This document shows positions 37,601-48,211 of a stretch of 64,000 bases of DNA, piece by piece. The DNA comes from Hormiphora californensis (Eukaryota; Animalia; Ctenophora). The DNA is taken from contig CM035353.1 in assembly GCA_020137815.1 (NCBI GenBank), forward strand, positions 4,278,001 to 4,342,000. The letters are read 5' to 3'. A program made the position numbers and the translations under genes. Each line of letters begins with the position of its first letter. Position 1 is the first letter of the stretch. Below the pieces are notes generated by a model that was given only the letters and a program-made list of their open reading frames with translations, was not told where the DNA came from and ran no database searches.

Positions 37601-38734
37601 TGACAGTCTTGATAATATTAAAGGTTGACATTTGACAATATACCTAGAACTTTCCTCTATCCGATTCCCTCGACCCCTCAGGAGCCTCAAGCATTTTCCA
37701 GATACCCTCGCCTTCCAGAAAAACATTCAAAATCATGTTATGTTTTCTCAACTCATTTATAGATTTATGAAAGGGGAAACCTTGAGGAATGCCACAAATG
37801 AAACTACCGCTGACAATACTTTGAAACAGTTCAGCCACGCCATGCATGTCAAGGTATCCAATTTATTGATTTAGCTTGAATTTGAAATAATTTTAGTTCT
37901 GAGATTCGTTGTCCAGTTAAGATGCGACAATCCCATGTTGTGTAACCAACCCCTTTTGTTATTAGTTGGGGTAAAAAGAAGATTATAAAGAGAAAGAAGA
38001 CGATTATCTTCAATTTATCTGTAAAACTTCAAGTAGAGTCCATCTAGCAAGAACAAGAAAACTCTTTATCAAGGTAGAATATTTCATGTTTTATACTGAT
38101 CGAACGTATTCTCGTTTTGATTCGTTGATATAGGTAGCGAAGTTTCAAGTTACCCAGCCTTTCGCTTGCACCTCTGGGAGATCTCCCGGTGACATCCCCC
38201 AGAAATATCCCTGCTGGGTGGATTATAATTGATTGGCTACCTAGACTGTGTTTCGCAGAACATAACAAACAATTGATGCATTTTCTGCCCTGTGAAACAT
38301 GGTCATACATTTTAACACCCCTCTCTCTCTCTCTCTCTGCAGATCGGATAGGAATGGAGTGGGGGGAGGTTGATAACAAAGGACTTCCGGCTTGACATGT
38401 ACCAAGTAAGAGTGTGCAGTGAGAGACGCTTTGTTATAACGGTCCTCCCTTACAAGTTGCAAGACGTGTATGGTAGAGATGCCCTCTCATTTTGTGTACC
38501 TCTTGAAAGCGGTGGGTGGTTTGTGTGAGAGAGAGAGAAGGAGAGAGAGAGGCCCTCTCACCGTGCACCTATTGAGTGCGGAGAGAGAGAGGCTCTCTCT
38601 TCCTCTGTGGTTACTCCGCTCTTTAATTGTGGGGGCCGAGCAACTACAGAGGAAGCTCATTTCCGGGTGTAAAACTGTGTGAGGGACCCTAATTTGTTGG
38701 AATATTCTGACCCTCAGGGTATTCAATATTCATG

Positions 38735-38903
38735 TGGTGGGCAGTGTGAGGGAGGGTGGAGAAACTAGAGAGAGAGGGCGGGTGGAGAAACTAGTTAGAG
38801 AGGGAGGGTGGAGAAACTAGTTAGAGAGGGAGGGTGGAGTGGTGGGCAGTGTGAGGGAGGGTGGAGTGGTGGGCAGTGTGAGGAGGGTGGAGAAACTAGA
38901 GAG
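38735..38903. repeat. G-rich minisatellite
   Basis: GAGGGAGGGTGGAGAAACTAG(TTA)GA and GTGGTGGGCAGTGT units. Confidence 0.8.
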
Positions 38904-39359
38904 ATGTCTCACTTGGCAGATGAAACTTCCATATGAATAAACTAAATCTGCAGTGTGTGACTTTGCCAGTTAATATATATGTTCTAACCATCCCTTACAA
39001 GTCATGGGCGGTGGGCGAGAGGTTCAAGCATTAAAGTAAATTAATTAAATTAGTGTTTTTAATAGATAATCATAGCTTCCGTTCTTTTGTCTGGACAGAT
39101 GACTGACGTAGAGAAGTTGAAGTTTCAAACTTATCTTTTCTCGTCCCACTCACACTTCAATTCCTCTTCTTCGCTGAACGACTTGAAGTCAGATGGTGCT
39201 CAATCTCTGAGCTTCATGTCCCTGGATCAGGGATCGTGACACTGCTTTGCAGCTTGTTCAACATTCATACGATACTACCAGCACTCAGCACACACAACAC
39301 CTCTGCAGCTGCAGTTGTCGAGGTGTTGTGATCAGAGGAAAGGTTTTTTCTGTCAAGAC

Positions 39360-39399
39360 TTCAAACTTTTCAACACTACTTTAAACAAATTAATTTGAG
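39360..39399 (+). other. Spliced-leader exon sequence at the 5' terminus of LINE B
   Basis: TTCAAACTTTTCAACACTACTTTAAACAAATTAATTTGAG directly after the TSD. Confidence 0.85.
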
Positions 39400-39557
39400 T
39401 GTTCCGCTTGTAATCTCTTTGGCGATCCGTGTCAGTGCTAATTTTCTGGTTTTTGATATCTCTAAGTAGCGTAAATCTCTGTGGGCTTTTTTGAACGTTC
39501 TTGGAGTATTGGGAGTCAGTTTTAGTGCTGTCCAGGAGTGTGAACCGGTGTTTTAGG

Positions 39558-40847
39558 ATGAACGATTTTGATGAAGTTACGAATAGAGAGGAGTTTGATA
39601 GTACTATGGCTAGAACTGTTTTTTCTGATAGGTCGGGGGGTCAGGGTTGTGTTGTCCTGAGGCGTCTGCTCGACGCGGGAAAGGCTCCGGAGGGGGTCAC
39701 CAAAGACCAGCTCTGGATACTCCTGATGAAGACCCATTCTCTGCTACCTTCTGGAACAAGAACACGTTTCGACAGTTGCGGAAGCTCAGTAGCTGACATC
39801 TCTATCGGACATGCAGACTTACTGAAGGAAAGTTTTGAGAGTCTTAAATCTGATTTATTGAGTACGATCGAAAGGAAAGTGGAGGACAAGGTGACAGCGA
39901 TTTTACAGAAAACTGTTTCTGATAATGAAGAGGAGAAAGTGGCTGTACCCCCAATGAGACGTTATGTTGATATCAAGCTAGATACAACTGTCACTGAGGA
40001 TGATGAATCGGTACCGGTGTGTCCTAAAGTGCAATGGGCTGATCATGTAAGGCCTAAAGTGGAGGAGGCACTGAAAGGAGTTCCAGTATTGAATACAGTA
40101 GTCAACAAGGGGAGTGTTAGACTATCGTTCCAGACAGAGGACCAGCTCAAGGAGGCTAAGGATGTTCTATCCCCGGTGTTTGCGCAGGATGTCCAGATGT
40201 TTACGGAAAAGAAAGCCTATCTCGACCCAAGAATTGCGATAAATGATTTGGGAGAGGATTTACTAAACAAGGAGGCACTGTTTGCAGAATTGGCAAGTGT
40301 GAAGAATGAGAGAATCAAGACTCTTGTTGACCAAGGAGAGACATTGAAGGTCATCCATATCAATTCTAGAGGAAAATTTGCGGTGCTTCAGGTGTCACCA
40401 GAGATCCGGAGGGTTATTGCATCGAACAAAGATAAGATATTCCTGAGACTTCGGCAACATTCTGTGCGAGATCGGTTCCATGTAATTCAGTGCTTTCACT
40501 GTCAGGAATTTGGACATGTGGCAGGCTCGATCAGGTGCTCAAAGAAGGATGATTCAGCAGTTTGTGCATTCTGTTCTGGAAGGCATGAGACAAGGGAGTG
40601 TAACAACAGGAAGAGGAATGATGTGGGAAGGATGGTGTGTGTTAACTGTAACAACAGTAGCAGTAGAGAGGACAAAAGATATGCCAAGACCCATATGGCT
40701 TCAAGTGCATTGTGTCCGTACTACATCAATGAACGTGGACGACTGATGGATAGGACAAGTGGTGTGACCAAAGAGGAAAAAAACGGCTACAGGACGAGGG
40801 CAATGGAGGATCTGCGAACAAAACGACTTGGAGGATCGGGACGTTAA
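39558..40847 (+). CDS. LINE B ORF1 (gag-like, zinc knuckles)
   Basis: ATG at 39558 in the same context as LINE A; CFHCQEFGH...C, CAFCSGRH...C, CVNC...H...C. Confidence 0.92.
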   Translation: MNDFDEVTNREEFDSTMARTVFSDRSGGQGCVVLRRLLDAGKAPEGVTKDQLWILLMKTHSLLPSGTRTRFDSCGSSVADISIGHADLLKESFESLKSDLLSTIERKVEDKVTAILQKTVSDNEEEKVAVPPMRRYVDIKLDTTVTEDDESVPVCPKVQWADHVRPKVEEALKGVPVLNTVVNKGSVRLSFQTEDQLKEAKDVLSPVFAQDVQMFTEKKAYLDPRIAINDLGEDLLNKEALFAELASVKNERIKTLVDQGETLKVIHINSRGKFAVLQVSPEIRRVIASNKDKIFLRLRQHSVRDRFHVIQCFHCQEFGHVAGSIRCSKKDDSAVCAFCSGRHETRECNNRKRNDVGRMVCVNCNNSSSREDKRYAKTHMASSALCPYYINERGRLMDRTSGVTKEEKNGYRTRAMEDLRTKRLGGSGR

Positions 40848-43774
40848 ATGTGCATTCGATTATGAACAAAACAGGAGGAGTTATTGCACATCTGGAGGAG
40901 AAGGAATGTGACGTGTGTCTTATCCAAGAAACATATCTGAAGGTCACTGACACGGCTAAAATACAGGAAATAAGAGATAATGGCTGGAACATCTTTTCGA
41001 GTCCGAGGAATGAGCGGTCTGGAGGTGGAATTGGAGTCTTATACCGGGATGGAGTGATGGTAAAATTGGCACCAGTGAAGTACAAGTTTAAAACTTTTCA
41101 AGTCCAGGAGGTTCTAATCGGAGGAGAAGAGGATTTACTGAGACTCTGTAACATTTACAGACCCCCATATACTGGAAAGGCAAGATACACAGAGGCAAAC
41201 TTCCTTGATGAAATCAATGATTACTTCTCTGACCTACTAATGAAAACTGGCAACCCCTTAATTATGGGTGACTTCAATTTTCAAGTTCAGGATGAGGAAA
41301 ATTTCTATGCACGGAAGCTGCTAGAAATGTTGGATTCTTTCGATTTCATGCAGAATGTTCCAGCAGAACCTACTCATGTTAGAGGAGGAACCCTGGATCT
41401 GGTCATTTGTCAACGGGATTTGGCTGGTAAGATGAGGAGGCTTAATATCTTTCCTGAAGGAACTTTGTCGGATCATTTCTTGGTAACAGTGGATGTGGAA
41501 CTTAATACCCCTGGAAAGGATTTCATTACTCGGAAAAGGATTAACATGTATCGTGACTTCAAGTCTGTGGATGTGGAGGCTTTCAGGAGGGAGTTGCAAG
41601 GAGAGTGTCTTGAGGTTCCAGATGGTGCATCAGTGGAGGATACGCTTGGAATTTATGACAAAGCACTGAATAGTGTTGTGGAACGCCTGGTCCAGATGAA
41701 GCGGCGAAAACCAATGAAGAACCGGAGACCTTGGAGGGATAGACAAGATGTGAGAGAAGCTCTCAGAAAGAGGAGGCAAGCGGAGAGAGCTTGGGAGAAA
41801 AACAAGACCGGTTTAAACAAGGCACAGTACAAAGACCTCCAGAGGAAATTTAACAAGATTGACAAAGAGGCAAGGATGGAGTTTGTGAAGAGGAATCTAG
41901 AGGAGGTTAAGGATGACCCAGCGGCTCTCCAGAAGAGACTTGGGCATGTACTGGGGAAGACGGAGACATCGTTACCAAGTGGACCTTCAGATAAGAAATT
42001 GGCGGATGAATTTGCATCATTCTTTAGTGGAAAGATTGAAAAGATCAGGTCGGTTATCCTTGAGGAACAGGAGAGGAATCCGGATGAGGAACCCGTGTCA
42101 TCGGCGGTACATGGAGGATGTACGCTTAATCAGTTTGAGGAAATCTCGGTTGGTGGGCTGATCCAGATGGTGAAGGAACTTTCCAGTAAGACGTGTGATT
42201 TAGACCCTATCCCTACTTGGCTGGTGAAGGACTGTCTCGAGGAGTTAGCGCCAATCCTAACGGAAATTGTAAACAAATCACTGAAGCGGGCATGTGTTCC
42301 TGATGCTCTGCAAGGAGCACTGGTTATGCCTACTATCAAGAACCCGAACGGTGATAAGGACCTGCTGTCGAACTACAGACCGGTATCGAACATAGCGTTT
42401 GTTTCAAAGCTACTGGAAAAGGTTGTCCTCACTCAGTTGAATGGATACCTATGGAAAAATGATCTTCTTAACCCCAACCAATCGGGGTATAGAGTTGGGC
42501 ACAGCTGTGAGACTCTTCTTGCGGGTATGTTTGATGACCTTCTAAAGGATTTGGACTCTGGAAAAGTTGCTGCACTCATGCTTCTTGACATGAGCGCGGC
42601 ATTCGACACGGTGGACCATCAGGCGCTAATTGGAGTATTAGAGAGGAGATTTGGTGTTACTGGATTGGCGTTGGACTGGTTTAGGAGTTACCTAGGATCG
42701 AGGAATTTTCAAGTGAACATACGAGGAGAACTTTCAGCGGCTATTGCCCTTATCTGTGGGGTTCCACAAGGATCTCTGTTGGGACCGGTTCTTTTTCTAC
42801 TTTACATTGAGGAATTACAGGATATTGCCCGGCCATACGGTTTGAGCATCAAGCTCTATGCTGATGACTCTCAACTGTATGTTAGCCTGATACCGACTGA
42901 TGCGGATGGATGGAATGTAACGAAGCAGGCAGTGGAGGAGTGCCTTGGTAACATGAAGAAGTGGATGGTCTCTAACTGGCTAAAGTGTAATGAAGACAAG
43001 ACAGAGTTTGTCCTCCTTGGGAAATCTAGCTCTTTGGAAAAGCTCAATTTTGATCCGGTAATAAACTTTGGGGGTACGTCATTAGTACCAATGAAATGCC
43101 AAGGACAGACTGGAAAAACACTAGGAGTACTACTTGATGATCACCTTACGTTGGAGCGTCAGGTAAATAATGTGAAACGACAATGTGGACTGATGCTGAA
43201 GAACCTCTGGCAAGTTAACAAGTGCCTAGACAAGAGTACTAAGATCCTTCTTGTAAAGCAGTTGGTGATATCAAAGATTGACTATTGTAATATCTTGTAC
43301 TATGGACTGCCACAACGAATCCTTCAAAATCTACAGAAGACTCTGAACTCCTGTATACGGTTTGTCTTTAATCTGAATGGTCATCAAGATGATTACATGG
43401 AGTATTTCAGAGAGGCTCACATTCTTCCGATACAGCAGAGATTAACTTTTAAGGCATGCCTGCTGGCTTACAAGATTGTTCGAGGAACTGCCCCTAGGTA
43501 CTTGTTGGATCTGGTACCTAGGGATGAGGAATATGGATCACTGAGGATGACGAGGGCTACAACTGTTCCAGACTTTTTCCGGCTAAAATATCCCAAACTG
43601 TCAAGTATCAATGCAAACTCGAAGTTGCGTCGAAGAAGACTTTCAGTGTTTCTTCCTGACGTATGGAATGATCTCCCCCTTGAGCTCAGATCAGTTCATC
43701 CTGTTGATCTGTTTAAGACAAGACTAAAGACAAGGTTATTTCAGGAGGCATTCGGATCTGCTTCAGAGTTGTAA
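40778..43774 (+). CDS. LINE B ORF2: APE endonuclease plus reverse transcriptase (frame extends upstream to the slippery site)
   Basis: IGTLNV, LIQET, GDFNF, SDHF, LDMSAAFDTVDH, GVPQGSLLGP, YADD; uninterrupted. Confidence 0.95.
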   Translation, partial: KKRLQDEGNGGSANKTTWRIGTLNVHSIMNKTGGVIAHLEEKECDVCLIQETYLKVTDTAKIQEIRDNGWNIFSSPRNERSGGGIGVLYRDGVMVKLAPVKYKFKTFQVQEVLIGGEEDLLRLCNIYRPPYTGKARYTEANFLDEINDYFSDLLMKTGNPLIMGDFNFQVQDEENFYARKLLEMLDSFDFMQNVPAEPTHVRGGTLDLVICQRDLAGKMRRLNIFPEGTLSDHFLVTVDVELNTPGKDFITRKRINMYRDFKSVDVEAFRRELQGECLEVPDGASVEDTLGIYDKALNSVVERLVQMKRRKPMKNRRPWRDRQDVREALRKRRQAERAWEKNKTGLNKAQYKDLQRKFNKIDKEARMEFVKRNLEEVKDDPAALQKRLGHVLGKTETSLPSGPSDKKLADEFASFFSGKIEKIRSVILEEQERNPDEEPVSSAVHGGCTLNQFEEISVGGLIQMVKELSSKTCDLDPIPTWLVKDCLEELAPILTEIVNKSLKRACVPDALQGALVMPTIKNPNGDKDLLSNYRPVSNIAFVSKLLEKVVLTQLNGYLWKNDLLNPNQSGYRVGHSCETLLAGMFDDLLKDLDSGKVAALMLLDMSAAFDTVDHQALIGVLERRFGVTGLALDWFRSYLGSRNFQVNIRGELSAAIALICGVPQGSLLGPVLFLLYIEELQDIARPYGLSIKLYADDSQLYVSLIPTDADGWNVTKQAVEECLGNMKKWMVSNWLKCNEDKTEFVLLGKSSSLEKLNFDPVINFGGTSLVPMKCQGQTGKTLGVLLDDHLTLERQVNNVKRQCGLMLKNLWQVNKCLDKSTKILLVKQLVISKIDYCNILYYGLPQRILQNLQKTLNSCIRFVFNLNGHQDDYMEYFREAHILPIQQRLTFKACLLAYKIVRGTAPRYLLDLVPRDEEYGSLRMTRATTVPDFFRLKYPKLSSINANSKLRRRRLSVFLPDVWNDLPLELRSVHPVDLFKTRLKTRLFQEAFGSASEL

Positions 43775-44796
43775 TCGGAGGTGTCCTATCCTTCCCCTTT
43801 CCCGTGTCGAGCAGACAATTCTAGCATAGCAATTCCTTACTATTTCCCTTCCTAGGGCTATTATAGCAGGGGGGCTGCTGATGCAGTTGAGCTGACTTTT
43901 GTTTGTAGCATGAGGGCTGCTGGCTCTGTTTCTTTATCCCGATTTATAGTCTGTTATTTAATTGCAGCTAACAAGTTGTTTTCCAGAAGTTTATGTGTCC
44001 CGTTTTTCCTTAGGCTTTTTTCAATTTTTTTGGAGTATATAATCAGTAGATGTGTCTATTTTGTTCTAAGTGAGTCAGGATATTAACAATCTTGGTGTAC
44101 CGCTCTGAATCTGGGCAGTGTTGGACTCATGTCAATGATCCAGCCCTGTCTGGACTGAGCGGTATACTAAAAACCCTTATTATTATTATTAAGACTTTAC
44201 GTAACGCGCAGCCATCTCTCAATAGATGTCATAGCGCGCGCACACCATATATAGAGTCGGATTAGCATATACAGGGTGGTTCAGAAACATGGAGCCACTT
44301 TGAGATAACTAATGTGTCAATACAGTTCGCTCTCCGATGTACAGTGTAATTAGAAACGTATTTTCACAGTCTCTTGACTAGAAAAAGCTTCCCCTGAGAA
44401 TTGAGATCGACAGAGAGTCACTCTTTCCTAAAAATTATCAGCATGTCAACTGACACTGTCAGTTGACAGGCTGATAATGATACAAAGCACCAAGATTTAA
44501 AATATAAATCAAGATCTAATAATAACTAATTAATCAGATATATTTCATCTCTGTCAAGCTGAAGATCCTAGATCTCAAGTGAATGACAGAATTATTACTC
44601 CGAGCATGAACTCCATGATCGCTTTCATGCCCCATCTATCGGGTTCCCGGTATCAACAATATATTTCAGTGCATGGGCTAGTTGTGCCGTGGAGTCGACT
44701 ACCATGTGGTAAGTCCTCCTGTATATCTCTCTTGACGCTATCCACGGTTTCCTCGTTTATCTCCCCTCTAGCCAGTTGGAATCCGAGTTTCAAAGG

Positions 44797-45294
44797 CTAT
44801 TCGTAGCACTGTGTTGTCGCTTTGTGTGCTACTATGTTTTTCCTCTCCAGCTGTCTGGTTGAAAGGTCCTTACATATCTGTAAGGTCTCTAGCTTTTCGT
44901 CCGTGGTAAGGCTTCCTCTTACCACATCGTTGACCCCTTTGGTCCAGATTTTCGTTATTTCTCTAGCCGCCTTGATGTGCTTCCAGAGTAACTTCTTGTA
45001 TTTTGCTATTGCTGGATTATCTCCGAATGTGTTTACATGTTCCTCAATTTTCAATCCATCTTTTGCAAAAATCTCGGCTACGCGCTGGCCTGCACTAGCT
45101 CCCCTTTTTTCGGTTTCTTCAAGCACGATTCCAATGAAGGATGCCGAGTTTTTCCATCTTTTTGTGAGGGCCACCAGTACAAATGCAGTCACATAGTCGG
45201 CACTCTTCATATCTGTAGGAGTTGGTGTCACCAAATATACATCAATCATTGTCGTCATTGTAATTGTTCCAATGTTTAACGTCTCTGACGACAT
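44797..45294 (-). CDS. Hypothetical 165-aa helical protein
   Basis: ATG-initiated ORF with normal composition; no motif recognised; three 30-bp tandem repeats cover the start. Confidence 0.35.
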   Translation of the reverse strand: MSSETLNIGTITMTTMIDVYLVTPTPTDMKSADYVTAFVLVALTKRWKNSASFIGIVLEETEKRGASAGQRVAEIFAKDGLKIEEHVNTFGDNPAIAKYKKLLWKHIKAAREITKIWTKGVNDVVRGSLTTDEKLETLQICKDLSTRQLERKNIVAHKATTQCYE

Positions 45295-45374
45295 ATAGTC
45301 CAGTGTTTAACGTCTCTGACGACATATAGTCCAGTGTTTAACGTCTCTGACGACATATAGTCCAGTATTTAAAG

Positions 45375-45950
45375 GGCCTAAAAACCCAAATTTTATTTAT
45401 TTATTTTGAACACTCCATCGTAACAAGCATGCTATTGGAGTCCCAAAAAACATAGGTACACGCCACATGGACCCCAGGTGAGCCCAGGGGGAGCCCCTCA
45501 AGTTGGGGCCCATTTAGGGTCCACTTGTAAACGCGCTTGTACTCCTTGAAACGCTAACAATATGATCCTCTCTCAAATATAAAATTTAGGATAGAAATGA
45601 TCCTTGTGTTTTAGTAGATTTCATAATTTTTCTCATCAATTATTATTTAAGCCTATCAAAACTAGGAGAAAAGTTACCAGAATACAGAGACAAGAAAGAT
45701 TATGTATTCACCTGAAACACAAAGATAATTTTACCCAAAACTTCAAATTTCGGAGAGGATCATATTGTTAGCATTTCAAGGAGTACAAGCGCGTTTACAA
45801 GGGGACCCCAACTGGGCCCCAACTTGAGGGGCTCCCCCTGGGTTCACCTTGGGTCCATGGGGCGTGTACCTATGTTTTTTGGGACTCCAATAGCATGCTT
45901 GTTACGATGTAGTGTTCAAAATAATTAAATAAAATTTGGGTTTTTAGGCC
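45375..45950. mobile_element. Palindromic MITE of about 575 bp
   Basis: GGCCTAAAAACCCAAATTTTATTTA ... TAAATAAAATTTGGGTTTTTAGGCC, arms about 200 bp. Confidence 0.88.
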
Positions 45951-46419
45951 TGTCATTGTTCCTCCCCGACTACATCCAAAAATTGATATCCAAAAGTGGC
46001 ATGCCTCATCTTGCTACTAATTATTGCGTTGGGTAAATATATTATACTCCCATGTCGAGTTCGTCGATTAAATATATAATTAAAATTTTCTATTTAGATT
46101 TATCGAGCACAATGCTCAATTTCAAGTAGGATGCAATTGGTCACGCCTACTCAACTTCGTGACTACATCCTGTAATCTGTACACAGCAACAATATCTAAG
46201 TCCTACGTGGCTCGTGTCCGACGTTACTCCTCTGCAGATTACTTGTATCCTGACTCCTGATTCTAGGTAAGACATCAAAAGGCAGGGCGGCTCGCGGCAT
46301 CTCCGGCCACGAGATGCCCTAACCGTCCGGGGCCTGGGGCGCCAGCCCCGGTAAGGGGGTTTGGGGGGTGAAACCCCCCATAAACAGGGTCCAGGGGCGT
46401 AGCCCCGGCGGGGGTGTAG

Positions 46420-46563
46420 ATTATAAGGACCTCCTTCTCTTAGCTTCTCTCCCCCAGGAGCACGTAGGTCTATCCATTGATTGTCAATAGATCCCCTCAT
46501 AAATTCTAACACTTTCAATATTATTGATGTCTGATCTCTTTCCTTTCGCAATTCTCCTTCCAT
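46420..46563 (-). pseudogene. Nucleotidyltransferase (PAP-associated region) fragment
   Basis: KVLEFMRGSIDNQWIDLRAPGGEKLREGGP aligns with 60210-60437; cut off by a GC-rich repeat. Confidence 0.6.
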
Positions 46564-47217
46564 CTTCTTCGTATTGATATCGACATGCTGGACTGTAGAC
46601 TACTGATACACTATAGTAGCTGAACAGTTATTCCGCCGTGGGTAGGATTTGGAACAAGGGTCAAACGCAGTAATTTTACCGTTTCACCAATAACTGTATC
46701 TATTATATTTTATCAACATCATCCACAATTATACAATTCAATTTAATACTCAATCATGAGTATCTGGTAACAATCACGCCCCACACTCCGCATTAGAAAG
46801 TCTATTCTGTAGTTGTAGTGGTGGTCCCAGCAGCATCGGCGCCACCAGTCACAGGCACCTGTACCATTGCTATTCTTTCTCCCGTCTGATTCTCCTTCAA
46901 TGGAATACCAATGTTAGAATTATACTTATTTATTTGTTATTATATATTTCAATTAGTACCATTATCCCCCCAATTCTTTTAGATTTCTAGATTAATTACC
47001 CAGGGTCTCATCCTTTCAAAAGTGATCTCTAACTCGTCAGTGGTGTATATTACCCACTTCTCCTGTTCCATTTCCTTCCAGATTAGCACAGTCATTGTGT
47101 GTGACATTTTTCTATACAAATACATATGTTCAATTATTAGTACTATGCTAGATTTACGTACAATATCTAGTTCTTAAATTAAGCAATAACGGCATCAATT
47201 ATTTCTAATTAATGAAT

Positions 47218-47609
47218 TTATTTTTTAAATTTGATTACTCTCCAAATCAGCACAACAACGCCCCCACACAAAACGATGGCCCCACACAAAATCCATATTG
47301 CCACTTCCAAAACCTTCTTCTCTTTCCTACAATGTTCAATCTCCCTCTCTTTCTTCTCCTCTCTCTTCACTTTCCCTTTTAATCTCTCTCTCTCTCTTTT
47401 TCTCCCCCCTTCCTCTCTCTGATGTTGTGCCTCCAACAGGTACTGGGCCTGCACATTGCACAAGTCAGTAATGCAGTTCCTGCATTTCTCCAAACTCTGG
47501 ATACACGGACCGCACCCAGTGTCCCCTCCGACATCCCCCACGTGGCATACCGGATATTTGTCTCTGAAATGCGATCACTAAGGTAATTTAACAAAGTTTT
47601 CTTCGACAT
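47218..47609 (-). pseudogene. Small Cys-rich/coiled-coil/C-terminal TM ORF, frameshifted; paralogue at 57713-58030
   Basis: GDTGCGPCI...DLCNVQAQYLLEAQ shared by both copies; hydrophobic C-terminus. Confidence 0.5.
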
Positions 47610-48211
47610 TTAATTATTTAAAGAGCCTCATATTTACTAATCACTTACCCAACATCACACTCTACAATTTTAGTGTCCTCAAAACACATCAATCCCGTTA
47701 TGTAGGGAACACAGTAAACCAAACAGATTATAGCGAACATTTTTGTGACTGAACTAATCTTTTACCCTTTATCTATAACCAATTTTTTATCTGATCATCT
47801 GATCACATATCCCCTTCTTATTTCAAGTTACCAAAATCCCCCTCATTCCCACTGTATCATCTCACCTTTTTTTCACTCGTGTCGGTTTATTTTTATTTCT
47901 CTTCCTCTTATTTTGCAACCTCTCACTATACCTCCTTTTTGGCCCCTGTTCTATTCTCTTACGCTCCTCTTCTCTTTCTATTCGCTCGTATTTTAATTTT
48001 GCCAACGCCGCTCCTCTCATAACATGATCCTCCAAATCATTGAATCCCACCCACTCTGTATGTAGGAATTTAGCCACCCACCAGGTGACATATATGTCAG
48101 TCATCATCACGATATCTCACCAGTTCAAATAATTATTCAATTTAGAATCCATACCGATTCAATGTTCACACACTATTTTCAATTTAACTTTCTATATTTT
48201 TACCCATTTCT

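Larger units (their letters stand above)
39360..44190 (+). mobile_element. Full-length non-LTR retrotransposon B (CR1/L2 group, relative of A)
   Basis: ORF1 plus ORF2, 3' stem-loop, (TTA)n tail, TSD AAGACTT (39355-39361 and 44191-44197), 5' SL-like 40-mer. Confidence 0.96.

Noticed and set aside
39300-39420. SL RNA gene, or NeSL-type insertion into one
   Set aside because: No GT donor or Sm-site intron follows the SL or the LINE tail; the upstream flanks of the two copies are unrelated.
40845-40850. TAAATG stop-start coupling (SART1-like) for ORF2 in both LINEs
   Set aside because: That ATG is in the ORF1 frame, not the ORF2 frame; it arises from the L-N-V codons.
47862-48110. Chromo/Tudor-like motif (IYVTWW...EWVGF)
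   Set aside because: Too short and weak to support without a profile search.
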